A DNA stretch of 64,000 nucleotides from Anaerolineae bacterium (GCA_041082215.1 JBDOIF010000020.1:1-64000); one strand, 5' to 3'; positions 38,251-49,001 are shown, counted from the stretch's first letter. Numbers and translations: made by a program. The notes: generated by a model from the letters alone, not told the origin.

Positions 38251-40014
38251 ATGCTCAAATCCCATCACTGCGGCGAGCTGCGGGCAGAGCATATCGGGCA
38301 GACAGTCACCCTGGCAGGCTGGGTCAACCGGCAGCGGGACCACGGGGGGCTGGTCTTCATTGACCTGCGGGATCGGTCCGGGATCGCCCAGGTGGTCACC
38401 GATCCGGCCCACGCCGCCGACGCCCACGAAACAGCCGCCCGCGCACGACAGGAATACGTGCTCCAGGTCCGGGGTAGGGTGCGCCGTCGGCCGGAGGGGC
38501 TGATCAACCCTTCCATCCCCACCGGCGAGATCGAGGTCCTGGCCGACGAGATCGTTGTCCTCAATCCGGCAAAGACCCCTCCCTTCTACATCTTCGAAGA
38601 GGCGCCGGTGGACGAGGCGCTGCGGCTGCGCTACCGGTATCTCGACCTGCGCAGGCAGCGTATGCAACGCAATCTGATCCTCCGCCACCGCGTGGTCAAG
38701 TTCATCCGCGACTTTCTTGATGCCCGGGGTTTTCTGGAAATCGAAACGCCCATCCTCTTCAAAAGTACACCGGAGGGAGCACGGGACTACCTGGTCCCCA
38801 GCCGCATTCACCCCGGCAAATTCTACGCCCTCCCTCAATCCCCCCAGCAACTGAAACAGCTCCTGATGGTGGCCGGATTCGAGCGGTACTTCCAGATCGC
38901 CCGCTGCTTCCGGGATGAGGACCTGCGCGGTGACCGGCAGCCGGAGTTCACCCAGTTGGATCTCGAGATGAGCTTCGTCGAACGGGAAGATGTGATCGCA
39001 CTGATCGAGGAGCTGATGACCGGCCTTGTCGAGGAGTGCAGCAATCGGCGACTGGTCACCAGGCCGTTCCCCCGCCTTACCTACGCCGAAGCGATGGACC
39101 GGTATGGTACAGACAAACCGGACCTGCGGTTTGGGATGGAGCTGGTGGACATCTCCGATCTGGTGACCGGTAGCGACTTCCGCGTCTTCCGCCAGGCGGT
39201 GGAGACAGGGGGACAGGTGAAGGGGCTTCGTGCCCCCGGTTGCGCCGCCTACAGCCGGCGGCAGACCGATGAACTCGCCGAGCTGGCGAAAAAGGAGGGG
39301 GCGTCGGGACTGGCCTGGCTTGCCCTGCCCGAAGGCGGCGACATCCGCTCCTCCTTTGCCAGATTTCTCTCCGACCAGGAGGTCGAGGCCATTCTCCGAC
39401 GGATGGCGGCAGAGCCGGGCGACCTGCTGCTGTTCGTCGCCGACCGGCGGCCGGCGGTCGCCGCGGCCCTCTCGGCCCTCCGCCTGGAGATGGGAGAGCG
39501 GCTGGGACTGCGCGATCCGGGTGTGCTGGCCTTCTGCTGGATCCTCGACTTCCCGCTCTTCGAATGGAACGAGGAGGAGAACCGGTGGGACCCCAGCCAC
39601 CACCTCTTCACCGCCCCTATGCCGGAGGACCTGCCGCTTCTGGATACAGACCCCGGCGCGGCGCGGGGGCAGCAGTATGACCTGGTCTGTAACGGCGAGG
39701 AGATCGCCGGAGGCTCAATCCGGATCCATCGGCGGGAGGTGCAGGAGAAGGTCTTCCAGCTTATCGGGCTCGACGTGGAGCAGGCGCGGGAACGGTTCGG
39801 CCATATGCTGGAGGCCTTCGAGTACGGCACGCCCCCGCACGGCGGCATCGCCTCCGGAATTGACCGCCTGGTGATGCTGCTGGCAGGCGAGAACAGCATC
39901 CGCGAAGTGATGGCTTTCCCCAAGACGGGGCAGGCGATTGACCTGATGGCCAACGCCCCCTCGCCGGTGGACCCGGAGCAACTGGCTGAGCTGCACATCC
40001 GGGTTTTGGAATAG
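38251..40014 (+). CDS. aspS: aspartate--tRNA ligase, probably non-discriminating (Asp/Asn)
   Basis: [31 protein letters not shown]. Confidence 0.97.
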   Translation: MLKSHHCGELRAEHIGQTVTLAGWVNRQRDHGGLVFIDLRDRSGIAQVVTDPAHAADAHETAARARQEYVLQVRGRVRRRPEGLINPSIPTGEIEVLADEIVVLNPAKTPPFYIFEEAPVDEALRLRYRYLDLRRQRMQRNLILRHRVVKFIRDFLDARGFLEIETPILFKSTPEGARDYLVPSRIHPGKFYALPQSPQQLKQLLMVAGFERYFQIARCFRDEDLRGDRQPEFTQLDLEMSFVEREDVIALIEELMTGLVEECSNRRLVTRPFPRLTYAEAMDRYGTDKPDLRFGMELVDISDLVTGSDFRVFRQAVETGGQVKGLRAPGCAAYSRRQTDELAELAKKEGASGLAWLALPEGGDIRSSFARFLSDQEVEAILRRMAAEPGDLLLFVADRRPAVAAALSALRLEMGERLGLRDPGVLAFCWILDFPLFEWNEEENRWDPSHHLFTAPMPEDLPLLDTDPGAARGQQYDLVCNGEEIAGGSIRIHRREVQEKVFQLIGLDVEQARERFGHMLEAFEYGTPPHGGIASGIDRLVMLLAGENSIREVMAFPKTGQAIDLMANAPSPVDPEQLAELHIRVLE

Positions 40015-40070
40015 GAGCAGATCGCAGGCCGTATGAAATACGGAATACGCAATACCTGGGAGGAGGAAAG

Positions 40071-41405
40071 ATGACTCATAAGGAACTGATCGCCCGTGTG
40101 CGCGAGGACGGTGTGCGGTTTATCAGCCTCCAGTTCACCGACATCCTCGGCACGATCAAGAGCGTCACCATCCCGGCTGGGCAACTGGAGGGGGCGCTGG
40201 AGGAAGGGGTGTGGTTTGACGGCTCCTCCATTGAGGGCTTCGCCCGCATCTACGAAAGCGACATGGTCCTTATCCCCGACCCGTCCACCTATCGGGTCCT
40301 GCCCTGGAGCGAACCGGAGCGCCGCCGGGCCCGCATCATCTGTAACGTCTATGGTCCAAACGGGCAGCCCTCTCCCAGCGACCCCCGTTCTGCCCTCAGG
40401 CGGGTGCTGGCCCGCGCCACGGAGAAGGGATATGTCTATAACGTAGGGCCGGAGCTGGAGTTCTTTCTCTTCAAACGGGACGGGATGCCCTCCCTTCACC
40501 CTGTGCCCCACGATGTGGGCGGCTACTTCGACTTCTCCCCCCGCGACGAGGCGCAGCAGGTGCGCAGCGAGATCATCCTGTCCCTGGAGGCGCTGGGCAT
40601 CCCGGTGGAGATGGGCCACCATGAGGTAGCCACCGGCCAGCATGAGATTGACTTCCACTACGCCGACGCGCTGACCAGCGCCGATAACGCCGTCACCTTC
40701 AAGTACACCGTGCGGGCTATCGCCGCCAGCCACGGCCTCTATGCCAGCTTTATGCCCAAGCCGATCTTCGGCATCAACGGCTCCGGAATGCACACCCACC
40801 AGAGCATTTTCGATGCCCGGGGCCACAATCTCTTCTACGATCCCGACGACGAGTACCATCTCTCTCGCCTGGCCTACAGCTTCATCGCCGGGCAGATGGT
40901 CCACGCCCGGGCGCTGGCAGCGGTGGTCGCGCCGACGGTGAACAGCTACAAGCGGCTCACACCTGGATACGAGGCCCCGGTCTATATCTGCTGGGCCCAT
41001 CTGAACCGGTCCGCCCTTATCCGCGTGCCGGCCAACCGTGCCGGTCGGGAGGGGGCCACCCGGATCGAGCTTCGCTGCCCCGACCCCAGCGCCAACCCCT
41101 ACCTGGCCTTCGCTGCGATGCTGGCAGCCGGGCTGGATGGGGTGGAGAGGGGGCTGACGCCTCCCCCACCGGTCAATGAGGATGTGTACGACTTCGACGA
41201 ACGGGAGCTTCGGGAGCGGGCCATCGGCGTGTTGCCCGCTACGCTGTCCGAGGCGCTGGATGAGCTGGAGAAGGATCCGGTGGTGCAGGAGGCCCTTGGA
41301 CCGGTGATCCTGGAGGCACTGCTGCGAGCGCGGCGGGCGGAGTGGGACGAGTACCGCATCCAGGTCACGCCGTGGGAACTGGAACGATACCTGGAAACGG
41401 CATAG
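40071..41405 (+). CDS. glnA: glutamine synthetase type I
   Basis: FDGSS, HHEVATGQHE, NGSGMHTH, NSYKRL, ELRCPD. Confidence 0.93.
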   Translation: MTHKELIARVREDGVRFISLQFTDILGTIKSVTIPAGQLEGALEEGVWFDGSSIEGFARIYESDMVLIPDPSTYRVLPWSEPERRRARIICNVYGPNGQPSPSDPRSALRRVLARATEKGYVYNVGPELEFFLFKRDGMPSLHPVPHDVGGYFDFSPRDEAQQVRSEIILSLEALGIPVEMGHHEVATGQHEIDFHYADALTSADNAVTFKYTVRAIAASHGLYASFMPKPIFGINGSGMHTHQSIFDARGHNLFYDPDDEYHLSRLAYSFIAGQMVHARALAAVVAPTVNSYKRLTPGYEAPVYICWAHLNRSALIRVPANRAGREGATRIELRCPDPSANPYLAFAAMLAAGLDGVERGLTPPPPVNEDVYDFDERELRERAIGVLPATLSEALDELEKDPVVQEALGPVILEALLRARRAEWDEYRIQVTPWELERYLETA

Positions 41406-41467
41406 CCCGCCGATTGACCGCCGCAACGGAGAGGCCGCAGAGGTCTCCGTGACCTCTGCGGTTCCTT

Positions 41468-41653
41468 TTTCAATTTCGGGGCGAGTGGTCCTCTCGCCCG
41501 CCGGTGGATCTCGAATCCCACGAATGGCCCGAATACAGCGAACAGGAGGGATCCCTGCCCCATTTGCAGTGTTCGTTCCCATTCGCGCCATTCGCGTTTC
41601 CCCAGGTCCGGCCCGGGCCAGGGACATCTCGCCCTCAAACTGAAATACACCTC
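41468..41653 (+). mobile_element. ~190-bp MITE-like element, copy 3 (left tip missing)
   Basis: near-identical to 16193-16385; right TIR intact. Confidence 0.8.
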
Positions 41654-41731
41654 TTTTTTACCCGAATTGCGCAAAACCCCTGCCGTGGGTATAATGGTTT
41701 CATCCCCTGCCATCCAGAGGAGACAGGACAT

Positions 41732-42682
41732 ATGCATCTGCGCTGGATATCCGCCCTGATGGGAGTACTGGTGCTGAGCTCCGCCTGCGGTCCCCTTTTG
41801 GCCCCGTCGGTCGCCCCGGCGGCGACACAGCCACAGCCCGCCTCCCAGACTGCCCCGACCGGCCCCGCCCCCACCCCTACACCGGACCGCCCGCTGGCGG
41901 CGGTGGTCAACGGCTGGCCTATCTATCTGGCTGACTACGAGCGGCAGGTGGCTCAGTATCAGGCGGCGATGACTGCCTCCGGGGAGGACCTGAACAGCCC
42001 GGAGGGGCAACAGCGCCTGCTGCGGGCGCGAGAGCAGATCCTGAACTGGATGATCGAGCAGGCGCTCATTGAACAGGCAGCCGCCCAGATGGGGATCACG
42101 GTCACCGATGAAGAGGTGGACGCCGCGCTGGCCCAGATCATCGAGGAAGTGGGCGGGGAAGGCCCCTTCCAGGCCCGCCTGGAGCAGGACGGGATGAGCC
42201 GCCAGGATGTGTGGAGGGAGCTTCGGGCAGAGCTGATCACCTCGGCTGTCATCGAACAGGTCGTTGCTTCCGTACCCACCACGGCTGAGCATGTCCGCGC
42301 CCGCCATATCCTGGTGGATACACGGGAGGAAGCAGAGCAGCTCCTGGCCCAGCTACAGGCAGGGGCGGATTTCGCCGAGCTGGCCCGTGCCTACTCTATG
42401 GACGAAAGCACACGGGAGGCCGGAGGAGACCTGGGGTTCTTCCCCCGGGGGGTTCTGCTCTCGCCAGAGGTGGAAGAGGCCGCCTTCAGCCTCCAGGCAG
42501 GGCAGATCAGTCCGGTCGTTCAGAGCTCCTTCGGCTTCCACATCGTCCAGGTGCTGGAGCGGGAGGAGCGTCCGCTGAGTCCAGAGAATCTGCAGATGCT
42601 GCGCGACAAGGCGGTCCAGAGCTGGGTCGAGTCCCTGTGGGCCCAGGCCGCTATCGAACGGTATGTGAACCTGAACCCGTAG
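41732..42682 (+). CDS. PrsA/SurA-like parvulin peptidylprolyl isomerase lipoprotein
   Basis: lipobox SSAC; RARHILV, FAELARAYS, GGDLG, GFHIV. Confidence 0.9.
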   Translation: MHLRWISALMGVLVLSSACGPLLAPSVAPAATQPQPASQTAPTGPAPTPTPDRPLAAVVNGWPIYLADYERQVAQYQAAMTASGEDLNSPEGQQRLLRAREQILNWMIEQALIEQAAAQMGITVTDEEVDAALAQIIEEVGGEGPFQARLEQDGMSRQDVWRELRAELITSAVIEQVVASVPTTAEHVRARHILVDTREEAEQLLAQLQAGADFAELARAYSMDESTREAGGDLGFFPRGVLLSPEVEEAAFSLQAGQISPVVQSSFGFHIVQVLEREERPLSPENLQMLRDKAVQSWVESLWAQAAIERYVNLNP

Positions 42683-42698
42683 CCCGGGAGGCAATCCG

Positions 42699-43409
42699 AT
42701 GGAGCGAAGGGGATCCTCGATTTTCGACCTGTTGAGCCTGTTACTGGTCGGACTGACCGGCATCACGCTTCTCTGTTATCTGAGCGTGCTGATCAACCCC
42801 TATCTCTTCTTCAATCCCTTTCCTCCACGACAGGAGAGCGCCCAGATCTCGCCAACGCCGACCAGAACGCCCGCGCTCCCGCCCACCTACACGCCGACCT
42901 TCACCCCCACCATCACCCCCACCGGCTCCCCCACCCCCACCCGCACGCCGACCAACACCCCCACCGTCACCCCCACCTGGCCCCCTACCCCCACCCCCAC
43001 CCCCCGGGCTACCCGCTCCCCCTATCCCTTCACCTGTGAGGTGGAGTACCGGCACCCGGAATACGACCACTGGTCGGGGGTAGCAGGCTATATCCAGGAC
43101 CTGGACGGGAATCCTCTCCCTGGCTACCACGTCCGTGTCGAGTGCCCCAGCGTGGGGGCCTTCACCCACCGGGCAGGGGATAGCGAGCGGTACAATATGA
43201 TGTACGGGAGCGAGGCAGCCTGGGAGCAGGCGTGCAACCCCGCCAGCTATCAGGCGATGGAGATCCGGGTCCAGCTATACAACGACCGCCCCGGCGCCGA
43301 TGGCAACTACCGGACGGTATCCGACCTCCTGATCGTGAACCTGCCCGGCTATGCCAGTGGGTCGTTGGGGTTCATCGTTTGCACGCTGAACTGGGAGGAC
43401 TGGCGGTAG
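42699..43409 (+). CDS. membrane-anchored Pro/Thr-linker hypothetical protein
   Basis: TM, NPFPP, long PT repeat, GYIQDLDGNPLPG. Confidence 0.75.
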   Translation: MERRGSSIFDLLSLLLVGLTGITLLCYLSVLINPYLFFNPFPPRQESAQISPTPTRTPALPPTYTPTFTPTITPTGSPTPTRTPTNTPTVTPTWPPTPTPTPRATRSPYPFTCEVEYRHPEYDHWSGVAGYIQDLDGNPLPGYHVRVECPSVGAFTHRAGDSERYNMMYGSEAAWEQACNPASYQAMEIRVQLYNDRPGADGNYRTVSDLLIVNLPGYASGSLGFIVCTLNWEDWR

Positions 43410-43416
43410 GCAGTTC

Positions 43417-44046
43417 GTGTCGGGGCAAAGAGGTGGAGGCTCGAAAAAGAGGTGGAGCGACCGACTGGCGAACGGGCTGACCTGGCTCCTGCTGGCGGCA
43501 ACAGGGGGGGTGCTGGCTCTCTTCGCAACCATCGCCGTCAACCCCGCTGTTCCCTTCAACCCCTATCCCCCCACCACTCCGACGCCCCTTCCATCGCCCA
43601 CCCCTTCCCCGCGGGTTACGGCCACGGCTACGCCGACCAGGCTGCTTTTCGTCACCCCCACCCCCCTCCGACCTGCCACACTGACCCCCACTCCGGAGCC
43701 GACAACGCCCTTCTCCGCCACCGTGGAGTTGGGGTCGGAGGCACGGGGGCTGGATTGCGACCGGCCGCTCCTGGCAGGCACCGTCACCGACCGGGAAGGG
43801 GAACCCCTGACAGGATACCCTGTCCACGCCTGGGGACCGGGGAGGGAAGTGATCGTCCTCTCCGGCTCCGCCCCCGACTTTGGCCCCTCAGGGTGGGAGG
43901 TGGAAGTGGAAAAGGAAGAGGTCTGGTTTGTCCAGCTTCACCTTCCCAACCCCCGCCAGGTTTACCCTCCCCTCTCCGCCATCGTCCGCATCCGGCTCCC
44001 TGCGGCCTGCCCTCAGGCTATGGTCTACTTCCAGCAACGACCGTGA
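43417..44046 (+). CDS. membrane-anchored Pro/Thr-linker protein, paralog of previous gene
   Basis: TM, NPYPP, PT repeat, GTVTDREGEPLTG. Confidence 0.7.
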   Translation: MSGQRGGGSKKRWSDRLANGLTWLLLAATGGVLALFATIAVNPAVPFNPYPPTTPTPLPSPTPSPRVTATATPTRLLFVTPTPLRPATLTPTPEPTTPFSATVELGSEARGLDCDRPLLAGTVTDREGEPLTGYPVHAWGPGREVIVLSGSAPDFGPSGWEVEVEKEEVWFVQLHLPNPRQVYPPLSAIVRIRLPAACPQAMVYFQQRP

Positions 44047-44065
44047 TCAGCGAAAGGAGGCTCCC

Positions 44066-44800
44066 GTGACTCAGGCGAGAACGACGACCGGCGTACCCGG
44101 TCTGGACGAAATGCTGGGTGGGGGATTCCTGCCGGGGTCCGCCGTCCTGGTGCGCGGCGCCCCGGGGACCGGCAAGACTTCGCTGGGTATGCAGTTTCTG
44201 ATCCACGGGGCGACCCAGAAGGGGGAGACGGGGCTTTTGATCAGCTTTGAGGAATTCCCGGCATCCCTCTACAGAGACGCGGCCTCCCTGGGATGGGAGC
44301 TTGAGCCGCTGGAGCGGGAGGGGACACTTCATATCCTCTTCACCTCGCCCGAGGTGTTCCTGACCGGGCTGGAGGCACCCAACAGCCCTCTCAACCGTCT
44401 CCTCCGGGAGGGGAATGTGCGCCGGGTGGTCCTGGACAGCATCTCCCACTTCAACCGCCTCACGGCTGACCCCTTCGAGCTCCGCCACATCTACACCCGC
44501 GTCATCAACGGGCTCCGTCGGGAAGAGGTGACCAGCCTGCTTCTGGGCGAGGAGGCGCAACGGGAGGCCACCCGAACCGATAGGGGAGGGCTTTCGTTCG
44601 TTGTGGACACCGTCCTTCTCCTCCGATACGTCGAGGTGGAAAGCGCGATCGAGCGGGTCATCGTCGTCCTCAAGATGCGCGGCTCCGACCACGCCAAGGA
44701 GATCCGCCGATATGAGATCCGCCGGGGCGGGCTGGTGGTCGGCGAGGCCTTCGAGGGCCGCCACGGCCTCCTCAGGGGCATCGCCTACCGTACCCCCTAG
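44066..44800 (+). CDS. single-domain KaiC/RAD55-like ATPase
   Basis: TGVPGLDEML, GAPGTGKT, SFEE, VLDS, KMRGS; SD AAAGGAGG. Confidence 0.88.
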   Translation: MTQARTTTGVPGLDEMLGGGFLPGSAVLVRGAPGTGKTSLGMQFLIHGATQKGETGLLISFEEFPASLYRDAASLGWELEPLEREGTLHILFTSPEVFLTGLEAPNSPLNRLLREGNVRRVVLDSISHFNRLTADPFELRHIYTRVINGLRREEVTSLLLGEEAQREATRTDRGGLSFVVDTVLLLRYVEVESAIERVIVVLKMRGSDHAKEIRRYEIRRGGLVVGEAFEGRHGLLRGIAYRTP

Positions 44801-44830
44801 CCTTCCCCCAACAGGAGATGCGGGTGACCC

Positions 44831-45688
44831 GTGGGCACGCTCTACCTTGTGGGAACCCCCATTGGCAATCTGGAAGACATCACCTTACGCGCGATTCGGG
44901 TCCTGGAGACGGTAGCCATCATCGCTGCCGAAGACACCCGTCGCGCGCGGGTGTTGCTGGACCGGTACGGCATCGCCACGCCGGTGACCAGTTATTTTGA
45001 GGGAAATAAAGAACGTAAACTGGGGAGGCTGCTGGCGGCGCTGGAGGAGGGGGACGTGGCCATGATCTCCGAGGCGGGGATGCCCGGCCTCTCCGACCCC
45101 GGCTACGAGCTGGTCCGGGCGGCGCTGGAGTGCGGCCATCCGGTGGTGCCGGTCCCTGGCCCTTCGGCGCCGATCGCTGCGCTGGTCGTCTCCGGCCTCC
45201 CCACCGACCGATTCCTGTACCTGGGCTTCCTTCCCCGCCAGCCATCCCGACGGCGCGCGCTCCTGGAGCAGGTGGCGGGGCTGCCCTGGACGCTGGTGGC
45301 CTTCGAGGCCCCCCACCGATTGCGGGAATCCCTGGCCGATATGGAGGGGGCGCTGGGCGGAGAGCGGCCCGTCGCCATTTGCCGGGAGCTGACCAAGCAG
45401 TTCGAGGAGGTGTGGCGGGGCACGCTCTCCCAGGCACGCCTCCACTTTGCCGACCAGGAACCCCGAGGGGAGTTCACCCTCGTCGTCGGCGGAGCGGAGG
45501 GGGAGGTATGGGACCCGGAGCAGGTACGGGCCGCGCTGAAGGAACGGCTGGCCAAAGGATTCTCTCTGTCCGACGCAGCCCACGAGGTAGCCGTCCTCTC
45601 CGGCTGGAGCCGAAAGCTGGTGTATCGGCTGGGCCTGCGGGAGGGGTATAGGGAGGGGACGCGGAGACGCGGAGACGCGGAGAGATGA
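44831..45688 (+). CDS. rsmI: 16S rRNA C1402 2'-O-methyltransferase
   Basis: TPIGNLEDIT, AEDTR, SDPG, EAPHR, RELTK. Confidence 0.95.
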   Translation: MGTLYLVGTPIGNLEDITLRAIRVLETVAIIAAEDTRRARVLLDRYGIATPVTSYFEGNKERKLGRLLAALEEGDVAMISEAGMPGLSDPGYELVRAALECGHPVVPVPGPSAPIAALVVSGLPTDRFLYLGFLPRQPSRRRALLEQVAGLPWTLVAFEAPHRLRESLADMEGALGGERPVAICRELTKQFEEVWRGTLSQARLHFADQEPRGEFTLVVGGAEGEVWDPEQVRAALKERLAKGFSLSDAAHEVAVLSGWSRKLVYRLGLREGYREGTRRRGDAER

Positions 45689-45787
45689 AACCACTGAGAC
45701 GCAGAGGACGCAGAGAAACAAAAAGAAAGCCTTTGAATTCTTCCTGGACCTCTGTGCCCTCTGTGTCTCTGTGTCTCTGTGGTAAAC
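45656..45787. repeat. 8-9-nt-period palindromic repeat cluster
   Basis: (gacgcgga)x3, gacgcagag units, inverted ctctgtg units. Confidence 0.75.
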
Positions 45788-45803
45788 AAGCGAAAGGAAA
45801 GAG

Positions 45804-46868
45804 ATGCACAAATTGGATAATAGGGCAACTTACGAGGAGCTGGACCCGGCAGGGATGCGGGAACGGATCGCGGAGCTTCCTCAGCAGTGCAGGGACGCCT
45901 GGGAACTGAGCAGGCGGCTGGACCTGCCCCCCGCATTCCGCAAAGTGCAGGCCGTGGCCGTCCTGGGGATGGGCGGCTCGGCCATCGGCGGGGCGCTGCT
46001 GGCCGGCCTGGTGGCCGATGAGTGCCCCGTGCCCATCCTCTCCGTAGGCGGCTACGACCTGCCAGCCTGTGTGGGGCCGGATTCGCTGGTGGTCGCCTCC
46101 AGCTACTCCGGCAACACCGAGGAGACCCTTTCCGCTCTCGACCAGGCGCTGGCCCGGGGGTGTCCGGTGGTGGCAGTTGCCACAGGGGGAAAGCTGGCTG
46201 CGATCGCGGAAGAAAGGGGTTTTCCTCTCCTCCGCTTCGACTACCGCTCCACCCCCCGGGCCGCCCTGGGCTACTCCTTTACCCTGCTTCTGGGGCTTCT
46301 CTGCCGCCTGGGCTTCCTGCGGGATTACGGCCCGGACCTGGAAGAAGCGGTGGAGGTGATGGAGGCCTGGCAGAAGGAGATCCTCCCCCAGGTCCCCACG
46401 CCGAGGAACCCGGCCAAGCGGCTGGCCGGGCAACTGGTGGACCGGTTGCCGGTGGTCTACGGAGCGGGGTTTCTGGCTCCCGTCGCCCGGCGATGGAAAG
46501 GACAGTTCAACGAGAACGGAAAGAACTGGGCCTTCTGGGAGGAGCTGCCGGAGCTGAACCACAACGCCGTGGTCGGTTACGGGCTGCCCGAAGGGGTTCG
46601 GGAGCGGGTCGCAGTGCTGATGCTTCGCTCCTCCTTCGACCATCCCCGCATCCAGGCTCGCTGGGAGGCGACGCAGGAGCTGCTGCTCCAGGAGGGGGTG
46701 ATGATGGATGTGGTATGGGGGCGAGGGGAGAGCCGCCTGGCACAGATGCTCTCCCTGATCCACTTCGGGGATCACGTCAGTCTCTATCTGGCGATGCTGA
46801 ACGGGGCCGACCCCACGCCGGTACCCCCCATTGACCGGTTGAAGCAACGGCTGGCAGAGGCGCTATAG
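45804..46868 (+). CDS. bifunctional phosphoglucose/phosphomannose isomerase
   Basis: GMGGS, SYSGNTEET, NENGK, PELNHN. Confidence 0.92.
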   Translation: MHKLDNRATYEELDPAGMRERIAELPQQCRDAWELSRRLDLPPAFRKVQAVAVLGMGGSAIGGALLAGLVADECPVPILSVGGYDLPACVGPDSLVVASSYSGNTEETLSALDQALARGCPVVAVATGGKLAAIAEERGFPLLRFDYRSTPRAALGYSFTLLLGLLCRLGFLRDYGPDLEEAVEVMEAWQKEILPQVPTPRNPAKRLAGQLVDRLPVVYGAGFLAPVARRWKGQFNENGKNWAFWEELPELNHNAVVGYGLPEGVRERVAVLMLRSSFDHPRIQARWEATQELLLQEGVMMDVVWGRGESRLAQMLSLIHFGDHVSLYLAMLNGADPTPVPPIDRLKQRLAEAL

Positions 46869-46875
46869 AAACGAT

Positions 46876-46941
46876 GACGCGGAGACACGGGGACATGGGG
46901 AGCGGTCTCCGCTTCCCCGCGTCTCCGTATCTCCGCGTCTT
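46876..46941. repeat. 8-nt-period palindrome between convergent genes
   Basis: gacgcggagacacggggacatgggga ... tccccgcgtctccgtatctccgcgtc. Confidence 0.7.
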
Positions 46942-46950
46942 CTCATCTTC

Positions 46951-48051
46951 TCAGCGGATCGCCTTCTCCGTCTCCCGGTCGAAGATGTGCATCCGGTCCA
47001 TATTGAGGGCGGCGGAGATGGTGGTCCCGACGCGGGCTCTGGTCCGGGGGTCGAAGCGGCCCAGGAACTCGTGGTGGGCCGTTTCCAGATGGACGATCAC
47101 CTCATTCCCCATCAGCTCCGTCACCGTCACCTGTGCATCCACATGGGCCGCTGCGATGCCCGGCGGGGCGTACTCCGGGTCGTGTACGTCCTCCGGACGG
47201 ATACCGAAGACGATCTCTTTGCCGAGGTGGGGCCGATAGGTCCCCTGGCGGCCCTGAGGGATGGGGAGGATGAAGTCGCCCGTGTCCACACAGACCTTGC
47301 CGTCCCACTCCACCAGTTTAGCGTTGAAGAAGTTCATCGCCGGGCTGCCGATAAAGCCTGCCACAAACAGGTTGGCCGGGTAGTCGTACAGGTTCTGAGG
47401 TGTGTCAACCTGCTGAAGGATCCCCGCGTTCATCACCGCGATGCGGGTGCCCATCGTCATCGCCTCCACCTGGTCGTGGGTTACATAAATGAAGGTTGTG
47501 CCCAGCCGCTGGTGAAGCTTGCTGATCTCGGCGCGGGCCTGCACCCGCAGCTTGGCGTCCAGGTTGGATAGGGGCTCGTCCATCAGGAAGACCGCCGGCT
47601 CCCGGACGATGGCCCGGCCCACCGCCACCCGCTGCCGCTGCCCGCCGGAAAGCTGCTTCGGCTTCCGGTCCAGCAGCTCCTCGATCCCCAGAATACGGGC
47701 CGCCTCCCGCACCCGGCGGTCAATTTCCTTCTTGGGGACCTTGCGCAGCTTCAGGCCGAAGGCCATGTTTTCGTAGACGCTCATATGGGGGTAAAGGGCA
47801 TAGGACTGGAAGACCATCGCGATGTCCCGGTCCTTGGGCGGCACATCGTTGACCAGCCGGTCGCCGATGTAGATCTTCCCTTCGGTGACCTCTTCCAGCC
47901 CGGCCAGGAGCCGCAGGGAGGTCGTCTTCCCGCAGCCCGAGGGGCCGACGAAGACCAGGAATTCCTTATCTGCGATCTGGATATCCAGGTCGTGAACGGC
48001 CACCACATCCCCGAACCGTTTGGTTACATGCTCGTACGTTACGCTTGCCAT
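46951..48051 (-). CDS. sugar ABC transporter ATP-binding subunit (MsmX/UgpC-like)
   Basis: GPSGCGKT, LSGGQRQR, MDEPLSNLD. Confidence 0.95.
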   Translation of the reverse strand: MASVTYEHVTKRFGDVVAVHDLDIQIADKEFLVFVGPSGCGKTTSLRLLAGLEEVTEGKIYIGDRLVNDVPPKDRDIAMVFQSYALYPHMSVYENMAFGLKLRKVPKKEIDRRVREAARILGIEELLDRKPKQLSGGQRQRVAVGRAIVREPAVFLMDEPLSNLDAKLRVQARAEISKLHQRLGTTFIYVTHDQVEAMTMGTRIAVMNAGILQQVDTPQNLYDYPANLFVAGFIGSPAMNFFNAKLVEWDGKVCVDTGDFILPIPQGRQGTYRPHLGKEIVFGIRPEDVHDPEYAPPGIAAAHVDAQVTVTELMGNEVIVHLETAHHEFLGRFDPRTRARVGTTISAALNMDRMHIFDRETEKAIR

Positions 48052-48127
48052 CGTCTCCTCCTCACGTCTTCAAACTCACGTCTTCAAATAAGCCAGGAAA
48101 CACGCAACACGCAGCACGGATTACTCC

Positions 48128-48880
48128 TCACGCCAGCACCACCCGCACCCCCGCCTCGGCCAGGTCCCAGAGCGGGGCGGAATCCGCCTCGCGGCCGGTG
48201 ACGACGACATCGGCCTCGGAGACGGGGCCAACGTAGGCGGCGGCCACACGGCCCACCCGCTCCGGCGCGACCAACACGATGACCTGCCCGCCCAGGGACA
48301 GGAGAAGCCGGGCCAGCTCCGCCTGGGGGAGGCTGTCGTCGGTGAGGCCCGCTACGGCGCTCACGCCGCTCAGCTCCAGGAAGACGCGGTCGGCCCGCAG
48401 CTCCTCCAGCGCCGCCAGGGTGAGCCTGCCCGCAAGCCCCTGCTCCTCCCGCTCCAACTGGCCGCCGGTGAGGATCAGGGTGTGGAGGGTGTGCTCGGCG
48501 ATTTCCTGGGCGACAGCCAATCCATTGGTGACGACCGTTAGCTGTTTTCGCCCCGCCAGCGCCCGTGCAAGCCCGAGGGAGAAAAGGCCAGGGCTGAGGA
48601 AGACCGTCTCCCCCTCCTGCACCATCCCCGCCGCCGCCCGCCCGATGCGGGCAGGCAGGGTATTGGCAGAGGCCGTCGCTGCCTCCCCGCCCGCAACCAG
48701 TGCGCCACCCCGCGCCCGCCGGGCCAGCCCCTGGGAAACCAGCCACCCCAGGTCCCGCCGGATAGTAGGGGCGGAGACGCCGAAACGGGCCGCCAGCTCT
48801 CCTACCCCTACCGCCCCTTCCCGTTGCAGAAGCTGGGCAATCTCCGCCCGCCGCTGGACCGTCCCTCTTTCCCTTTCCAT
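48128..48880 (-). CDS. DeoR/GlpR family regulator
   Basis: FGVSAPTIRRDL, VVTN; promoter TTGACA-17-TAGCCT (48921-48893). Confidence 0.9.
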   Translation of the reverse strand: MERERGTVQRRAEIAQLLQREGAVGVGELAARFGVSAPTIRRDLGWLVSQGLARRARGGALVAGGEAATASANTLPARIGRAAAGMVQEGETVFLSPGLFSLGLARALAGRKQLTVVTNGLAVAQEIAEHTLHTLILTGGQLEREEQGLAGRLTLAALEELRADRVFLELSGVSAVAGLTDDSLPQAELARLLLSLGGQVIVLVAPERVGRVAAAYVGPVSEADVVVTGREADSAPLWDLAEAGVRVVLA

Positions 48881-49001
48881 AACCGCCGCCTAAGGCTACC
48901 ACAGAACGCGCATTTTGTCAAGCGTTTCCGTTCCAAAAACGATCGCTTTGTTTCGTAATAGGTCCCGGAATGCTCGAACAGGTGCCCGATGCGAAGCGGC
49001 T

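Noticed and set aside
39249..41627. 792-aa minus-strand ORF and other long antisense ORFs (1548-3038, 16426-18156, 19841-21463, 59559-61163)
   Set aside because: Shadow frames of well-supported genes in high-GC DNA
42840..43020. C-rich low-complexity tracts (also 8780-8950 and 43570-43700)
   Set aside because: Explained by Pro/Thr linker codons
44066..44800. Circadian clock KaiC
   Set aside because: Single domain; no kaiA or kaiB nearby
45656..45787. Possible CRISPR-like array
   Set aside because: Units are 8-9 nt, tandem or inverted, without unique spacers; no cas genes in the window
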